Source: Octopus sinensis (lineage: Eukaryota). From it: DNA of 64,000 nt. The position numbers and the translations under genes are program-made. The notes below the pieces were generated by a model. That model searched no databases. It saw only the letters and a list, made by a program, of their open reading frames with translations, and was not told the origin of the DNA. Below are positions 12,949 to 27,445 of this stretch, piece after piece. The stretch spans positions 12,648,001 to 12,712,000 of the forward strand of contig NC_043024.1 in assembly GCF_006345805.1 (NCBI RefSeq), written 5' to 3'. How positions within the stretch are numbered: the stretch's first letter is position 1; every line of letters begins with the position of its first letter.

Positions 12949-14661
12949 AATAATAATAATAATAATAATGACAATGACAATGATGATGACGACGACGACG
13001 ATAATGATGATGATGATGATGATTTATATGTGCTACAGAGGCGTTTGATGAAGGCTGTATTGCAAAACTATAATTTGAGCCGGTTTTAGATAAAGAACGG
13101 TCAAAGAAAAGAATAATGATGATGATGATGGTGCTAGTGGTTTATGATGATGATAACATACATACTTACATATCGACACACATGCATAAACACACGTACA
13201 TACATACATATATACATACATACAAACGAAAAGTGTCCGACCCATTGCGGTAAAGTTAAACATACAACTGAGGGAAGAATTCCATTTGCACCTGATCAAC
13301 CGAGAACAAATTTTCTGAGAGAAACCTCTTAAATATTAAATATCTTTTTGTTTGTTTGTAGGTTGAACGATAAAATTAGAATCGGAATTAATGAAGACAA
13401 TTAGTTTGTGGAAAGAATTTTTCAGAGAAAATTGCTTGGCAAGAAACGGTATTGGAACGTTGAGATATTTGAAAACTTTCACAGACCATTGTCGTGGCAT
13501 ATTCACACGTAAACGGTCACACACACACACTTACACGCGCACACACATACACTCATAAATGATCAGGTACACGCTCAAGCACATACACACACATACACTC
13601 ATTATGCTCACTTGCTCATAAATTCTTGCACATCATGTGCGATCGTACCTTCACCACACATTCACACACGGACACACACACACACACATACATATTCGGA
13701 CACGACCAAAAGCGCCCCCATCAAATACACAAATATTTATAAACACGCACATACACACACACAGTTATTTAAATCATGTGCCCCACCCATTTATGCGCAT
13801 ACGTCTTGTACACATACATATACATACACATACGTACATAATTGACACGCCCATACGAACTCGCACACCAAACACTCATAAACACAAACACACAAATGCT
13901 ATAAGAACGCAGACAACTACTCGTAAATACACATTAATTTAGAGAGAGAGAGAGAGACCATACACAGAGACCATACGCCGATACGCAACACAGACTTGCT
14001 AAATGTGGAAAATCAAAGCCACACACAAAAGCGAGCTGGAGAATGGTTGAGAGCAATAACAGAAGCAAATAAGAAATGCTAATTGAAGATTAATGCAATT
14101 TATCTTCGAGAAACAGAATTAAATCAAAGACATTAGACTAAATCTTCGTCGGTGCTATCCGAATCTTTCTATACATGTTATTATAACGATCACCAATTGT
14201 ATAGAATATAATTCTTGGCACAGAATGTGAGCAATCTTGGAATCACTTGGTTTATATCGTTTGAATTGTTTATCGAGGCCATTAGAATAAATAGCAAATG
14301 TTAAAATTTGTAACAAACCAATGACTGGTTCGCTGCGTTTCTGACAACCAGGATGACAAGAGAATCTCTGCCGCTCACCATACAGCAGACATCTTAATGG
14401 AAATTTGCTCGTAAAGCACCAGTTTCTCGGTTCTGCGGCTTCCGTCGATTTTCATATATATGTTTACTAATTAGATGCTCGACTGTAATTGGAAACAGCG
14501 TAGGTAAAAGTAAATAATATAAACCTGTGACTATCGTGTGTGTGTGTGTGTGTGTGTATATATGTGTGTGTGTATATATATATATGATATAGATAGATAT
14601 ACATACATGTGTATATATATTTATATATATGCATACATATACATACGTACATACATACATA

Positions 14662-14760
14662 TCTTTTACTTGCTTCAGTCATTAGACTGCGTCCATGCTG
14701 GGGCAGAGTCTTGAAGAACTTTTGGTCGAACGATTCGACACCAGGACTTATTTTAAACCT

Positions 14761-14764
<4 letters not shown>
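14662..14764 (-). mobile_element. SINE family A 3' tail fragment
   Basis: cttttacttgcttcagtcattagactgcgtccatgctggggc matches the family tail. Confidence 0.75.
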
Positions 14765-14803
<39 letters not shown>

Positions 14804-15257
14804 GAGAGAAAAACCACTATTATGCAATTCAAAGTTTGGAGTTATACTTCCTAATATTATATATATATATACATCCATCTACACACATAAACATACATAG
14901 TATGAAGCTGAACAGACATCAGAAGCTGTTTAACGCGTCTCATTAAACCGATAATCAGGTGACTATCTGCTCAGGTATGCACACTCTTTCACAAATGCAT
15001 ACATACAAAACCCTACACAAACAGTCTCTGTATGTCTGTCTGTCTGTTTGTCTCTCTGATACGCACACACACACATACACACTCAGGGGAGATAATCGAG
15101 TGTTGCACAAATTGCATGGCTCAATATAGAGTCCAATATTTTGTGAATTACAAGAGAAACGAACCGAAAAGCATTGTTGATGAGGGTAATTATGGAAACC
15201 ATGGAAGTGGTGCTGATAATGATGGTTTCAAATTTTGGCACAAGGCCAGCAAACACG

Positions 15258-15440
15258 CGGGAGTGAATAAATTGATTACATCGACATCCGTACTCAACTG
15301 GTGTTTTTATTATATCGATCGTAGAAGGACCAAAGGCTAAGTCGACCTCGACGGAATTTAAACTTAGAACATATAGACAGGCAAAATGACGTTGAGCATT
15401 CTGGCCGTCTTGCTAAAGATTCTGCCACCTCGCTGCCTTA
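15258..15440 (-). mobile_element. SINE family B, diverged
   Basis: aaggctaagtcgacctcgacggaatttaaacttagaac core; gattctgccacctcgctgcctt head. Confidence 0.7.
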
Positions 15441-16109
15441 ATGGTGATAATATATTGATGATAATGGTGTAAGTGTTGGTGTAGGTGGTAGTGACGGTGA
15501 CGTTTGTAGTAGTGCTGTTGCAGTTTTTGATAATGGTGGTGGTGGTGGTGGTGGCATTGGTGTTGATAATGTTGTTGCTGCTGCGTTTGCTGTTCCTTCA
15601 CGGTCTCTCAACACAACGTCGAGCATGGTCGGTGACCGTTGAAGCAATGTTGTTCCTGTGGTTGCCGTTGTTGTTGTTGTTGTTGTTGGAGGTGTATCTA
15701 AACTCAGCCTCGTCTGCCATCCCATGGTAAACGATAGGCGCCATGTTGTTCTTATTTTGGAAATTCTCAAAATTCTCAAAATAAAAACGTAAATCAAAAC
15801 AGCTACAGCTTAAAGAGGGTTAAAAACAAAGAAGCCAAACGCCCTTGGTCGGGGTTACAGCAGCAACAACAACAACAACAACGTAATTCAATGAAAACAT
15901 ATCACATACAAATTGAAATAAAGCATAATCTCCAGGAGAAAAACCTCAAACAGCGATGGAAACGCATTGTATGTAACCAAAAGCAAATGATGATGTCGGT
16001 GATGATGATGATTATGATAATGAGGATTTTGATGATGATTACGATGATTTCATTTATTTTCCAACAGGGTGATGGATGAGGTGGACGATGCTATTTGTCA
16101 TTCCATTCT

Positions 16110-16111
16110 GT

Positions 16112-16157
<46 letters not shown>

Positions 16158-16220
16158 TAAGACGTCGAAGATAATAAAGATGATGATGAAAACGATGATA
16201 ATAATAACAACAACAACAAC

Positions 16221-16252
<32 letters not shown>

Positions 16253-16345
16253 TAATAATGATAATAATAATAATGATAATAATAATAATAATAATTATAA
16301 TAATAATAATAATAAAAATAATAATAATAAGTAATGATAATATCG
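16110..16345. repeat. (AAT)n/(GAT)n/(AAC)n trinucleotide tract
   Basis: Direct reading. Confidence 0.9.
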
Positions 16346-16905
16346 CTAAGTATTGCAATGAGCATCAAACCAAGCGGCGATATATTAGGGAGCCATTATA
16401 TATTTTCTGTCTCCTCTGAAGAATACAGATCAGTTCTTTTTTTTTCCAGACCGTTTACAAATGCTACGAGAGAGAGAGAAACTTATACTGGCATCATTAT
16501 TGATTAACTTAACATTAGAATTGTTTGTTTTGCTGTGATTGTTGTTGTTGTTGTTGTTGTTGTTGTTCTGTTGTTTTGCTTATGTTTTTCCTGCCTGTTT
16601 CTTTGCTGCAGAGTATTTTAACCGACTGATCTGTGACCTGCAGGAATGGAAATCCTTTGACTAAGGTTAAATCACCGAGACAGATTTTCGGGCAGACATT
16701 TTGTAAGTCACTAAACAGAGAGAAAAATGAACACCAACTGTTTGTGAGGTTTATATGGCTTCTATGAACACACATCTCTATAACCGACGAAAACACACAC
16801 ACTCATACCTACATGTATACGTATACAAATCTTCATATATATATAATATACACAATGAATACTGAATATATATTTGTGTTTTGTGTATGCGAGTATTCAT
16901 ACGTG

Positions 16906-16936
<31 letters not shown>

Positions 16937-17020
16937 GTATATACTTCTTCATATATATCTATGTATATACATTTATGCACACACATACATATATATACAT
17001 ATGTATCTATTTGTTCATAT

Positions 17021-17078
<58 letters not shown>

Positions 17079-17213
17079 CACACATACACAGACACATATA
17101 TATATATATATGTATGTATGTATTGATATATGTATACGTGTATGTGAATAAAGTTGTTCAGTCATATGTAACAATGTGTATTATATATGAATATGTATGC
17201 GTGTATGTATGCA

Positions 17214-17255
<42 letters not shown>

Positions 17256-17257
17256 TG

Positions 17258-17297
<40 letters not shown>

Positions 17298-17799
17298 TGT
17301 ATGTATATGCCTAGAAGCAACTTCTGTGAATGTCCATAAGAATCGGTTCGAAGACACCGCTCGTCGCCGAGCCCCACAAACCAAGAAAATGTGTTAAAAG
17401 GATAATACTAGTTTCGAAGAAAATCTCCGTGGGAAGCAAGTCATACGACAAGAGTTTCAAAATCCACTTTCCATCGCATTTTGAAATACTTTCTTTGGCA
17501 AATATGGCATTCGAAGAACTGTTCATGCTTTCTGTCAAAATGAGGGGGGTTTTGCGAGTGCTGCATGGTAAGAGGCGTAGAAGATGCACAGTTTCCGAGA
17601 AATATTGTTGGAAGTAATAAGGCTACATTTAAATTCACTTCCACTGTTGTCCCTTCTGGGGAACTAAGAATCTGCATGTTGGTGATGTTCGGAATAATGG
17701 TGTGAACAGAAAATAAAGGAGTGAACATAAAATACAGAAAGAGAGAGAGAGAGAGAGTCGGGACAAGAGAGGGCGAGTTGTAGAAGAGAAATATATTAT

Positions 17800-18100
17800 A
17801 TTTACATTGTTTACATTTGACGGATATTTGTTCTCATCTTGTTTGTTGTTAACACAACGTTTCGGTTAATATCCCGTCCAGCCTTCATCAGGTGTCTTGG
17901 GGGAAATTTCGAGCCTGGGTTCTCATACCTTAGGAATGAGAGGAACCCAGGTTCGAAATTTCCCCAAGACACTTAAAGAAGGCTGGAGATTATTTCAGCC
18001 GAAACGTTGTGTTAACAACAAACAAGATTAAGACAAATATCCGTCAAATGTAAATAATGTAAATAATGTACATAATTCCTCATCTCTTAAATATAGAACA
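17800..18100. mobile_element. Fold-back (inverted) PLE pseudo-LTR-like element with an HHR motif in each arm
   Basis: Imperfect ~130-bp arms 17800-17930 and 17932-18064; HHR motifs at 17851-17896 (-) and 17968-18013 (+). Confidence 0.8.
17851..17896 (-). ncRNA. Minimal type I hammerhead motif (CUGAUGA)
   Basis: GACAC-CUGAUGA-A-GGCUG-n10-UAACC-GAAAC-GU-U-GUGUU; stem II has one mismatch. Confidence 0.6.
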
Positions 18101-18159
18101 GAAATAGATTTGAGTGTGTGTGTTTGTGTGTGTGCATGTGAACGTGTCTTAATGGCTAT

Positions 18160-18310
18160 GTTTGTCACCGTCGCTTTTTGGCAGCCGGTGTAGGTTTATT
18201 TGCAACCAAACTTTAAAAAACGTAAGTTCTGGTGTCACTTTGTTCACCTCAGTCTCCTCAAGGCAGTGTCCCAGCATGGTCGCCGCCTGGTGAACGAAAC
18301 TAGTAAAAGG
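18160..18310 (+). mobile_element. SINE family A-type 3' fragment, diverged
   Basis: aaggcagtgtcccagcatggtc...gaaactagtaaaagg tail. Confidence 0.55.
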
Positions 18311-18835
18311 AAAACGATTAAGTCTGTCTGTCTGTATTTACCTGTCTCTCTCTTTCTCTCTCTTTCACTATCTATGGGAAGAGAGAGAGAGAGAGAGTTA
18401 TTGAGATGTTAGTTGCGAAACAATAAGTGATATGTGTGTGTGTGTGTGTGTGTACTGAAATAAAAAGAAAGAGACAGAGAGCGAATTGAAGGCATGTGTG
18501 TGCGCGCGTGGGAATGAGTGTGTGTACGTGTGTCTGATTGTCAGAAAATATTTACCAGAGGCAAGAGAGAATTCCTCAACGATGTTCAATCTCAGGAAAG
18601 AGGGAAATACGAAAAGAGAGGGAGAGAGAGAGAGAGAGAGGAAGAGAAAGAGAGAGAGAGAAAGAGAAAGAGAGAGAGAGGGAGAGAGAGAGAGAACAGT
18701 GCTGCAGGCTTGGATCTTTCTAACCTCCTGCCAAGTTTAATAGACGTCTTAGAAAGACTTGGAACATATAAAAAAATTCCACAAACTGTTTATGAACTTC
18801 CAGAAGAAACCGTGGTAAACAAGTTCTATCACATA

Positions 18836-18881
<46 letters not shown>

Positions 18882-19529
18882 CGCACACGCACCCCACACG
18901 TGTGTGTATGTATATGCATATGTATATATATGTGTGTATGTGCATAAATAATATGTATGTTTATATATATATATATATGTATGTATATTATACATAATAT
19001 TCATTTATATATGAATATAAATATGTTTAAATCAGATACACGCATAGACACACACATACACACGCACACACATATACATACAGACATACACACACACAGA
19101 AATATATACATTTTGTTGCCATTCTGGAAAAATTTTCTATGTGACCTGATGTTGAAACAAATATTGAAGTTGTTAAGGAAGGTGATTCTGTCGAGAATGA
19201 CAAACACACGTGCTGTAGTTGACTTCAATTTCATTGTTAATTAATGGTGTAATTAATTAATAATTGGTTTGTCAAAAATCATTCGCCACACATGTGTGAC
19301 CTTATCAATGCTCTCGTCTTTTGTGAAAACATTCGAGATGGATGGCGGAAGTCTTTGACATATCAATCAATAACAAACTAATTACTTAACTAGTTAATTA
19401 GCAATTAAGAAGTCTATTAAATATAATCAATTAGTCTGTGTGTTAATATTGGGGGAAGAATGACTCTTCTACACATACACACAAACACACACACACACAT
19501 ATATGTATGCATGATATAAATGTATATAA

Positions 19530-19810
19530 TGGACTCTCCCGTCGTTTGAGGGTTCGAAAACTTTTTATTGAACAACCACAGACATGAAATGTTTGCGTAG
19601 ACAAAAGCTCACTTCCTTCATCAAATTGACATTACCTGTACAGGTGCAACTGGGTGCCACATGTCGGATGTCGAAATGATCGCAGAGTAGCGTGAGATGA
19701 AGTGCTTTGCTCAAGAACACACACGAAACGCCCGGTCTGGGAATCGAACCCACGATCACGCAATCGTGAGTGCAACACTATAAACATTAAACCATGCGCC
19801 TTCACAACTG
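19530..19810 (-). mobile_element. tRNA-derived SINE (head related to family D)
   Basis: Minus strand: ggcgcatggtttaatg...gatcgtgggttcgattcccagaccgggcg, A/B-box-like head, then gttcttgagcaaagcactt. Confidence 0.75.
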
Positions 19811-19859
<49 letters not shown>

Positions 19860-22800
19860 CATTGTTATTTATATATGTATATATGTACATAGTCAGTCAA
19901 CCACAGTTGAAACATTCCTGTCACGACCTGGGATCTTGAAGACTGCTACAAGGCAAGAAACTATACTAGTCCCTTAATATTTTATATCAAATGTCATCTA
20001 TTCATTAAGATAATCAATACTTCATTTCATTTTACTATATATACATTATTTACACTATATATTCTATATTCTACATTAATATTATAAAGAATATAAATAC
20101 AACATAAAAAACAGAGTTGGAATTTCTTTGAATAATATATATACATATATATATATATACATGCATATATATAAACATACATATATATATATATACATAC
20201 ATATATATAAACATACATATATATATCTACATACATATATACATACATGTATACATACATATATATACATACATACATATTCACACACACACAAACATAT
20301 ATATATATATATATATACATATACATACATATATATATATATACATACACATATACATACATATATATATATATACATACATATATATATATGTATATAG
20401 AAAACAATCGCCGGTCGGTATTTGTTTGGCTTCTCTCTTCCAAATATGAAGATGATTAAGAGTTCATTTTGTACACTTCAAAGTTTCTATATTTCGTCTT
20501 TGATGCTCAAATTCCTGCTTCTGGCAACTTATTTCTTTTTGCTCGCATTTTACACCAGAAATACTCTATGTTCTTTTAGTAAATGTGTACGTATTAAGTC
20601 TGTCCAGCTGGAGTGAATGTAGGACACTACTATATTGATAATGCCTACTGAAGCAAAAACAGCTTTGCCTGACTCACACTTGTAGTCTTGAACACTTTTC
20701 CATTCTCTATATGGTGATCAATAGATGTCTTCGATGACAAATATACGCTATATGCCTATACACACACACATATACCTGTCAAGTAAATTTAAGGTAGGAG
20801 AATTCCTGTGCTGATGACGCATATTAAGGGAGAAACATATCACCACAGCTCTCTCCTTTCTTCATTCCTTCCTTCATTCCTTCCTTCCTTCCTTCCTCTC
20901 GGGTCACATGAAGCCGTTTAAACAACAACGCAGCCAAGTATTCGTACTTCCTTGATAAAGATCTATTTTCATGGATAAGCAAGCGTTTTAATCTGAATGA
21001 GGCGATGTTCAAAGAATTAATGGGATGATTCCAAGACCAAATGTGTCTGTTTGTCCACCGAATCTGACTCAATGGAGTTTTGCGATAAGCAGCACGGCTA
21101 ATTGAAACGTGTTGTCAGGAAGGATTTTAGGTCTGTCGACATGACGCAAAACGCACCTCAGTCTTTCATATCCATATTCTATCAATAACATTCAATGATG
21201 AACAGATTGACTAAGATGCTATTTTATGTCAGGAAACATCGACTTCTTATGCTTCATTCTTCTATCTTTCCATTTATTTTCGGTTTTGAAACATTACAAT
21301 ACTCAGAACGTAGCCAAATTATAGTGTTTGAAGTTAGTATTTATTTTAAGGAAATTAAACTCTTCAGGTAAGAATTTACTAAAAAGGTGCCCAATACCTG
21401 TGTAAGGTCTGAAGATTTCGTTACACAGAAATATCAAGTGGAAATGACTTCCGCATTTCACCCGCATCGTTTCGTTTGACGACTTGCTTCGAAGTAATCA
21501 TTCTGTATTTCTGCTTAATACAACCTCCACACAAACACACACATATCTATGAACATACATATATATATATTCATTCATAGTCACACGAAAACACACACAC
21601 GTACACACATACACACACACATATATATAATGTATATATACACACATATATATACATATATATGTATATATATATATGCGGTATATGTACACATATACGC
21701 ATTTCTAAACTTGTGTGTGTGTTTAAGTTAATTATTCTATGTATTTAATTTTAATTAATTCCAATGAATTCTTTAATAAAACAAAACAAATGAATAAAGA
21801 AAGAACGAATAAGTAAATTAAAATCGATGCCAACGCGTGAAATCTAACCTCATTACCATTGCAATGAATTAATTAAAAATTCATTCTCTTAGAAATAATG
21901 AATGCACACACACACGTGTGTGCATATGTATGTATATATATATATATATATATATATACATAAATATATATATACGTGCGGATGCATATATATATATATA
22001 TATATATTTGCTATTAAATCTTAATTTCAAAATTCTTACGTTCTGCTTTTTATCTCAAAACGGTTGCAGTTATTGTTATTACTTTTGCTTCTGCTGCTCC
22101 GACTTCCCCACCTCCTCATCCTCCTCCAACTACTGCTGCTGCTACTGCTGCTGCTGCTACTGCTGCTGCAACTAGCCTCCAATGAAATGAAAGGAAATCA
22201 ACTTTCAGAAGATGCCATTGAGTAGAATAACAGAGAAAACAAAAAATAAGATAAAAATGTAAATATAAACACTCGCAGTTAAAAATAGAAAAACAAATTT
22301 AAATTCAAAAAAGCTCCATGAATCTGCTAAACCTCTCTCCATCATTACATATGGGCTGCAAACCCACTTCTAAGAGTGATTCGTTTTGCTCAGTTTTGTG
22401 TGTGTGTGTGTGTATTTGTTGTGGAAGATCTTTTGTAAACAGCAGAAAGAAACAAAGAAATAATTATTTGTAAGAAAATATCAATGGCTGGGTGATTTAT
22501 TATTCGATTAACTGGTGGGATGGCGAGGTCATGATTAAATGTAATTGTTTCAATATATCCAATAAACTTAATGGCGGCGTCGGTGGCTGTGGTAGCCGTG
22601 GTGGTGGTGGTGGATTGAAAGATTCGATAGCAATGTCGGACACATGGATTTTGCGTATCTTTTATTTATTAGCACCGTGTTATATTCACGGTTTCGAATC
22701 TCACCGAGGACGGCTGACATTACCGTTCACAATACCAAGATCAGCAGACATAAGTTCTCCCTTTGTATCGGTATTGATCTGACTGTAACCACAGCTATTC

Positions 22801-23226
22801 TCTTTGAGAAACCAATGGAGGTTTCGGAGTGGAAATGTTATTGCAACTAACAAAATGCCGTGTGGTATTCATATCGAATCTTACGTTCTGAGTTCAAATA
22901 TCACCGGATGTCACTTTGCCTTGTTATGTTTCCGCAGTCGGGTTACATGGTATCTACTACGCTCCACCTCGTAAAATACTGGGCCAAGAACGGGGAGATT
23001 CGCCAGAACGCCATGAAAATTACCTTGCAGTAATTGTTCCCTCTCGCAAATCCCACTGAATTTATCTTTTCGTGATCGATTAAATAAGTACCAGTTGCGT
23101 ACTAGGATCAATGCAATTAACTCGCCCATTCCTCACAATATTTTAGGCTTTGCGCCTATTGTAGAAAGAATTATTATTATTATCATCATCATCATCATCA
23201 TCCTTATTATTATTATTATTATTATT

Positions 23227-23622
23227 TGATGAAAACTTTCCGCTTATTTTGCTGGGTGTGATTGAAAGTGTCAACTCTCCACTAAGGTGACACTTGTTCA
23301 CCGAGAATTCTGACAGTTCCAAGCAATGATGATGTTTGTAGGTGTTCTATCATTACATTCGTACCAATCTCTTGGAACCCCGTTGGTAATTGAGAGCTGA
23401 TACTTCCAAGTACGTCAATTACAAACGGTATCACGTCTGCTCTCTTCATTGTCCACAACCAACGCATTTCCCAATTCAAATCGTCATAATTGCTCAGCTT
23501 TTCTTCTTCTCTTTTCGATTCTGTGTTCCCCGGGGTATGCTAGTTTGTTTTTGTTCATTCAACAGTGTCAGGTTTCCGATGTCTGATCTGATGGCCACAC
23601 TGAATAATTGTATCCCACATTG
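23227..23622 (-). mobile_element. R4/Dong-like RLE LINE 3' fragment
   Basis: Minus strand: WD..IQCGHQIRHRKPD (PD motif), EEEKLSNYDDLNWEMRWLW, LGTVRILG; ends at an (ATA)n/(ATG)n tract. Confidence 0.75.
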
Positions 23623-23639
23623 TTATTATTAATATTATT

Positions 23640-24215
23640 TTTCTTTTTACCACAGGTTTTGTTGGAACTCCTGGAGTCTTACATGTATAGCAAGATTGCT
23701 ACCTGCAGCCTATAGTACCATGGTATCTATTCTTTTCAGCTATCTAATACTTTGCTGATTATTCTGGCTGTGCCAAGGCCGCAAACCTTTTGTAACAGTT
23801 CTGCTGGGCACTCTATTCCGATATTTTATATATTCTTCCTAATGCCTTCTGATAGAGTCCCCAAGGACCAGCTTCATTTTCCATAGCCAGGCTATTTCGT
23901 ACTTAGGAGAATTTTATATATCTATTTTTTCACCTTCCTTCTTGACTATTCATGAGCAAAAGAGGAACACAGCATCAACTATACTGCACATGCAATGCAT
24001 CTTGTCGACAGCCACCAGGTCCGGCCTGTTATGCTTTAGCAGCTGATAGGTTTGGGTTGGGAAATCCCAGAGGGTTTTGCAAGCCTCCTACTCTACCACT
24101 CTCTGCGGTTTGTGCTCCTACCATATCTTGCCTCTCTCTAATTTTGTGGTAGATAACGGTATAAGAATGGAAGGACCTGTACCCATCCTCTGCATTAAAA
24201 AATGATGGCAAAGTC
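23640..24215 (-). mobile_element. Second R4/Dong-like RLE LINE 3' fragment
   Basis: Minus strand: EHKPQRVVE..LWDFPTQT..LKHNRPDLVAVDK...LGTARIISKVLDS*, with frameshifts. Confidence 0.7.
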
Positions 24216-24379
24216 ATCGAAACGGATTTGGAAAAAAAAACTTTTTACATATTTCAGGAATAGTTTCAGTATTCAGACCAAGGCAGAAATATAAATTGAT
24301 TTGGCTTGAGCCAGATTTGAAAGAATCGGAGGAGCATCGCCATGACACGACGTGTATTGGGTATATTTTGAATCCGACA

Positions 24380-24655
24380 AAGCACTTCCTTCTCCATGTA
24401 TGACGATGTTTGTACCTGAAGGTCAACGTTTGCAAAGTGAGAGCTTCCTCTCGACCGTTTGCAATGAGCAGATTACCATAGCAACACTGATTTGCCACCA
24501 TGTTTTTGGTGGTCCAACAGTGACCAACCCATGTTAACCTTCATTGACGCAATGTGGTTGGGTTGCTTTTGGAGACTGGTTATCATTCACTTCGGTATTT
24601 TAATTTTTGGTCTGTCCATGCTGTGCTGGGTGTTGCCTGTAGCAGTTTCCTACAT
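24380..24655 (-). mobile_element. RTE-like LINE ORF2 C-terminal remnant
   Basis: Minus strand: RLTWVGHCW and VLLW*SAHCKRSRG, resembling RLRFAGHC..LLWEPTHG.RSRGRP. Confidence 0.5.
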
Positions 24656-24656
24656 T

Positions 24657-25038
24657 GGAAGCACTCCGTCGGTTACGACGACGAGGGTTCCGGTTGATCC
24701 GATCAACGGAACAGCCTGCTCGTGAAATTAACGTGTAAGTGGCTGAGCACTCCACAGACACGTGTACCCTTAACGTAGTTCTCGGGGATATTCAGCGTGA
24801 CACAGAGAGTGACAAGGCCGGCCCTTTGAAATACAGGTACAACAGAAACAGGAAGTAAGAGTGAGAGAAAGTTGTGGTGAAAGAGTACAGCAGGGATCAC
24901 CACCATCCCCTGCCGGAGCCTCGTGGAGCTTTAGGTGTTTTCGCTCAATAAACACTCACAACGCCCGGTCTGGGAATCGAAACCGCGATCCTACGACCGC
25001 GAGTCCGCTGCTCTAACCACTGGGCCATTGCGCCTCCA
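24657..25038 (-). mobile_element. tRNA-derived SINE family D, apparently intact
   Basis: A-box TGGCCCAGTGG and B-box GGTTTCGATTCCC in the head; uninterrupted ~380-bp body. Confidence 0.85.
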
Positions 25039-25489
25039 CAAGTTTCCTACATAGGTACATTTAGACACACCCTGTAAATTATAAGGGATGGTAACGACTG
25101 GAACGCCTTTCATAATACCTCAGCAAAATGAAACTCGACAAAAGGTTAAATGACAACAAAAATTATTTGGAACTTAGCTGTCGGTGATCAAGCACACGGA
25201 CCACGGAACACGGATGATGGCCCCTACCCCGCCGCCTCTGTAGTCTGACTGAATCACAATTTATGCAGTCGTTCGATTTGCAATGCTTTCTTCTCTCACA
25301 AGAGTTTTGTTACCTGAAGGGTAAGTTGATTTCTCAGGAGGGGCATGGCTAGCGGGCTGAGAGAATTTTGCGAAAGTGGAAAATGAAGTTTAGCGAAAGC
25401 AAAAGCAAAATCTCTTGTGAGAAACTGTCTCCCAACACATCTCCATTCCACAACGAAATCTTGCCTTAAGAAACTTGAGTGTAAACACG

Positions 25490-25818
25490 TGTATACATGT
25501 ATACATACACACACACACACACATATATATACATACGTACACATATATATATACATATATATACATGCATATATTATACATGTATATAGAGAGATAATAT
25601 ATATACATGCATATATTATACATTTATATATACATACATATGCATATATTATACATATATATATATACATACATACATACATACATATGCATATATTATA
25701 CATATATATATACATACATACATACATACATACATATGCATATATTATACATATATATATACATACATACATACATACATATATGCATATATTATACATA
25801 TATATACATACATATACA

Positions 25819-25870
<52 letters not shown>

Positions 25871-25991
25871 CTATATATATATATACATATATATACATAT
25901 ATACATATATTATATATATACATACATACATATATATATTGCATATGTATACATATATATGCATATGTATCATATATATGCATATGTATAC

Positions 25992-26022
<31 letters not shown>

Positions 26023-26328
26023 CATAATATATTACATATATTATACATATATATGCATTATGTATACATATATATATGCATATGTATACATATATATATA
26101 TACATATATATATATACATATATATATATACATATATATATATACATATATATAATACATATATATATATACATATATATATATATACATATAATATTAC
26201 ATATATATATATACATATATATATATATACATATATATACATACATATATATATATACATTATATATATATACATATATATATATAATATATATATATAC
26301 ATATAATATATACATATATATATATTAC

Positions 26329-26359
<31 letters not shown>

Positions 26360-26504
26360 CATATAATTATACATATATATATAGATACATATATATATAT
26401 AATATATATACATATATATGCATAGTATACATATATATATATATACATATATATACATATAATATATATATACATATATATACATATATATACAATATAT
26501 ATAC

Positions 26505-26551
<47 letters not shown>

Positions 26552-26567
26552 CAATATATATATATAC

Positions 26568-26614
<47 letters not shown>

Positions 26615-26667
26615 CATATATATATACTATATATATACATATACATATACATATATATATATATACC

Positions 26668-26714
<47 letters not shown>

Positions 26715-26875
26715 CATATATTATATATACATATATATATAACATATATATTTATCATATATATATACATTATATATATACATATATATTATACATATAT
26801 ATATATATATATCTATATATATATACATAATATATATACATATATATATATATATACATAATATATATATACATA

Positions 26876-26910
<35 letters not shown>

Positions 26911-27012
26911 CATATATATATTATATATATATCTATATATATATATACATAATATATATATATATATATATATATACATTATATATATATATATATACAT
27001 ATATATACATAG

Positions 27013-27044
<32 letters not shown>

Positions 27045-27157
27045 CATATATATATACATATATAATATATATATATACATATATATATACATATAGATAT
27101 ATATATATATACATATATATATATAATATATATATATATACATATATATATATACAC

Positions 27158-27188
<31 letters not shown>

Positions 27189-27445
27189 CATAAATATACA
27201 TACATGATATATACATACATACATAAATATACATACATGCATATATACATACATACATAAATATACATACATGCATATATACATACATACATAAATATAC
27301 ATACATGCATATATACATACATAAATATACATACATGCATATATACATACATACAAATACATACATACCTACATAAATATACATACATACATATATACAT
27401 ACATGCATACATACATATATATACACATATATATACATACTGATA
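25490..27445. repeat. ~2-kb (TA)n/(TACA)n microsatellite block with higher-order units
   Basis: Direct reading; source of the longest spurious ORFs. Confidence 0.95.

Noticed and set aside
17311-17730. Overlapping 92-95 aa ORFs, one with FECHICQRKYF
   Set aside because: The CxxC lacks the His pair of a C2H2 finger; no recognisable family or splice support.
19250-19390. Imperfect inverted repeat, possible MITE
   Set aside because: Arms are AT-rich and poorly matched; boundaries cannot be defined.
20806-20848. Hammerhead-like CUGUG-CUGAUGA...GAAAC...CACAG
   Set aside because: No credible stem II and no GUH triplet; chance or too decayed to call.
24960-25038. tRNA gene
   Set aside because: It has A/B boxes but no acceptor stem and continues into a SINE body.
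25293-25422. ~17-bp inverted repeat around ~95 nt
   Set aside because: Short, single copy, no target-site duplication or family evidence.
25417-26742. 441-aa ORF and the many other YI/HT/CV-rich ORFs
   Set aside because: These are translations of (TA)n/(CA)n/(TG)n tracts, which lack stop codons in several frames.
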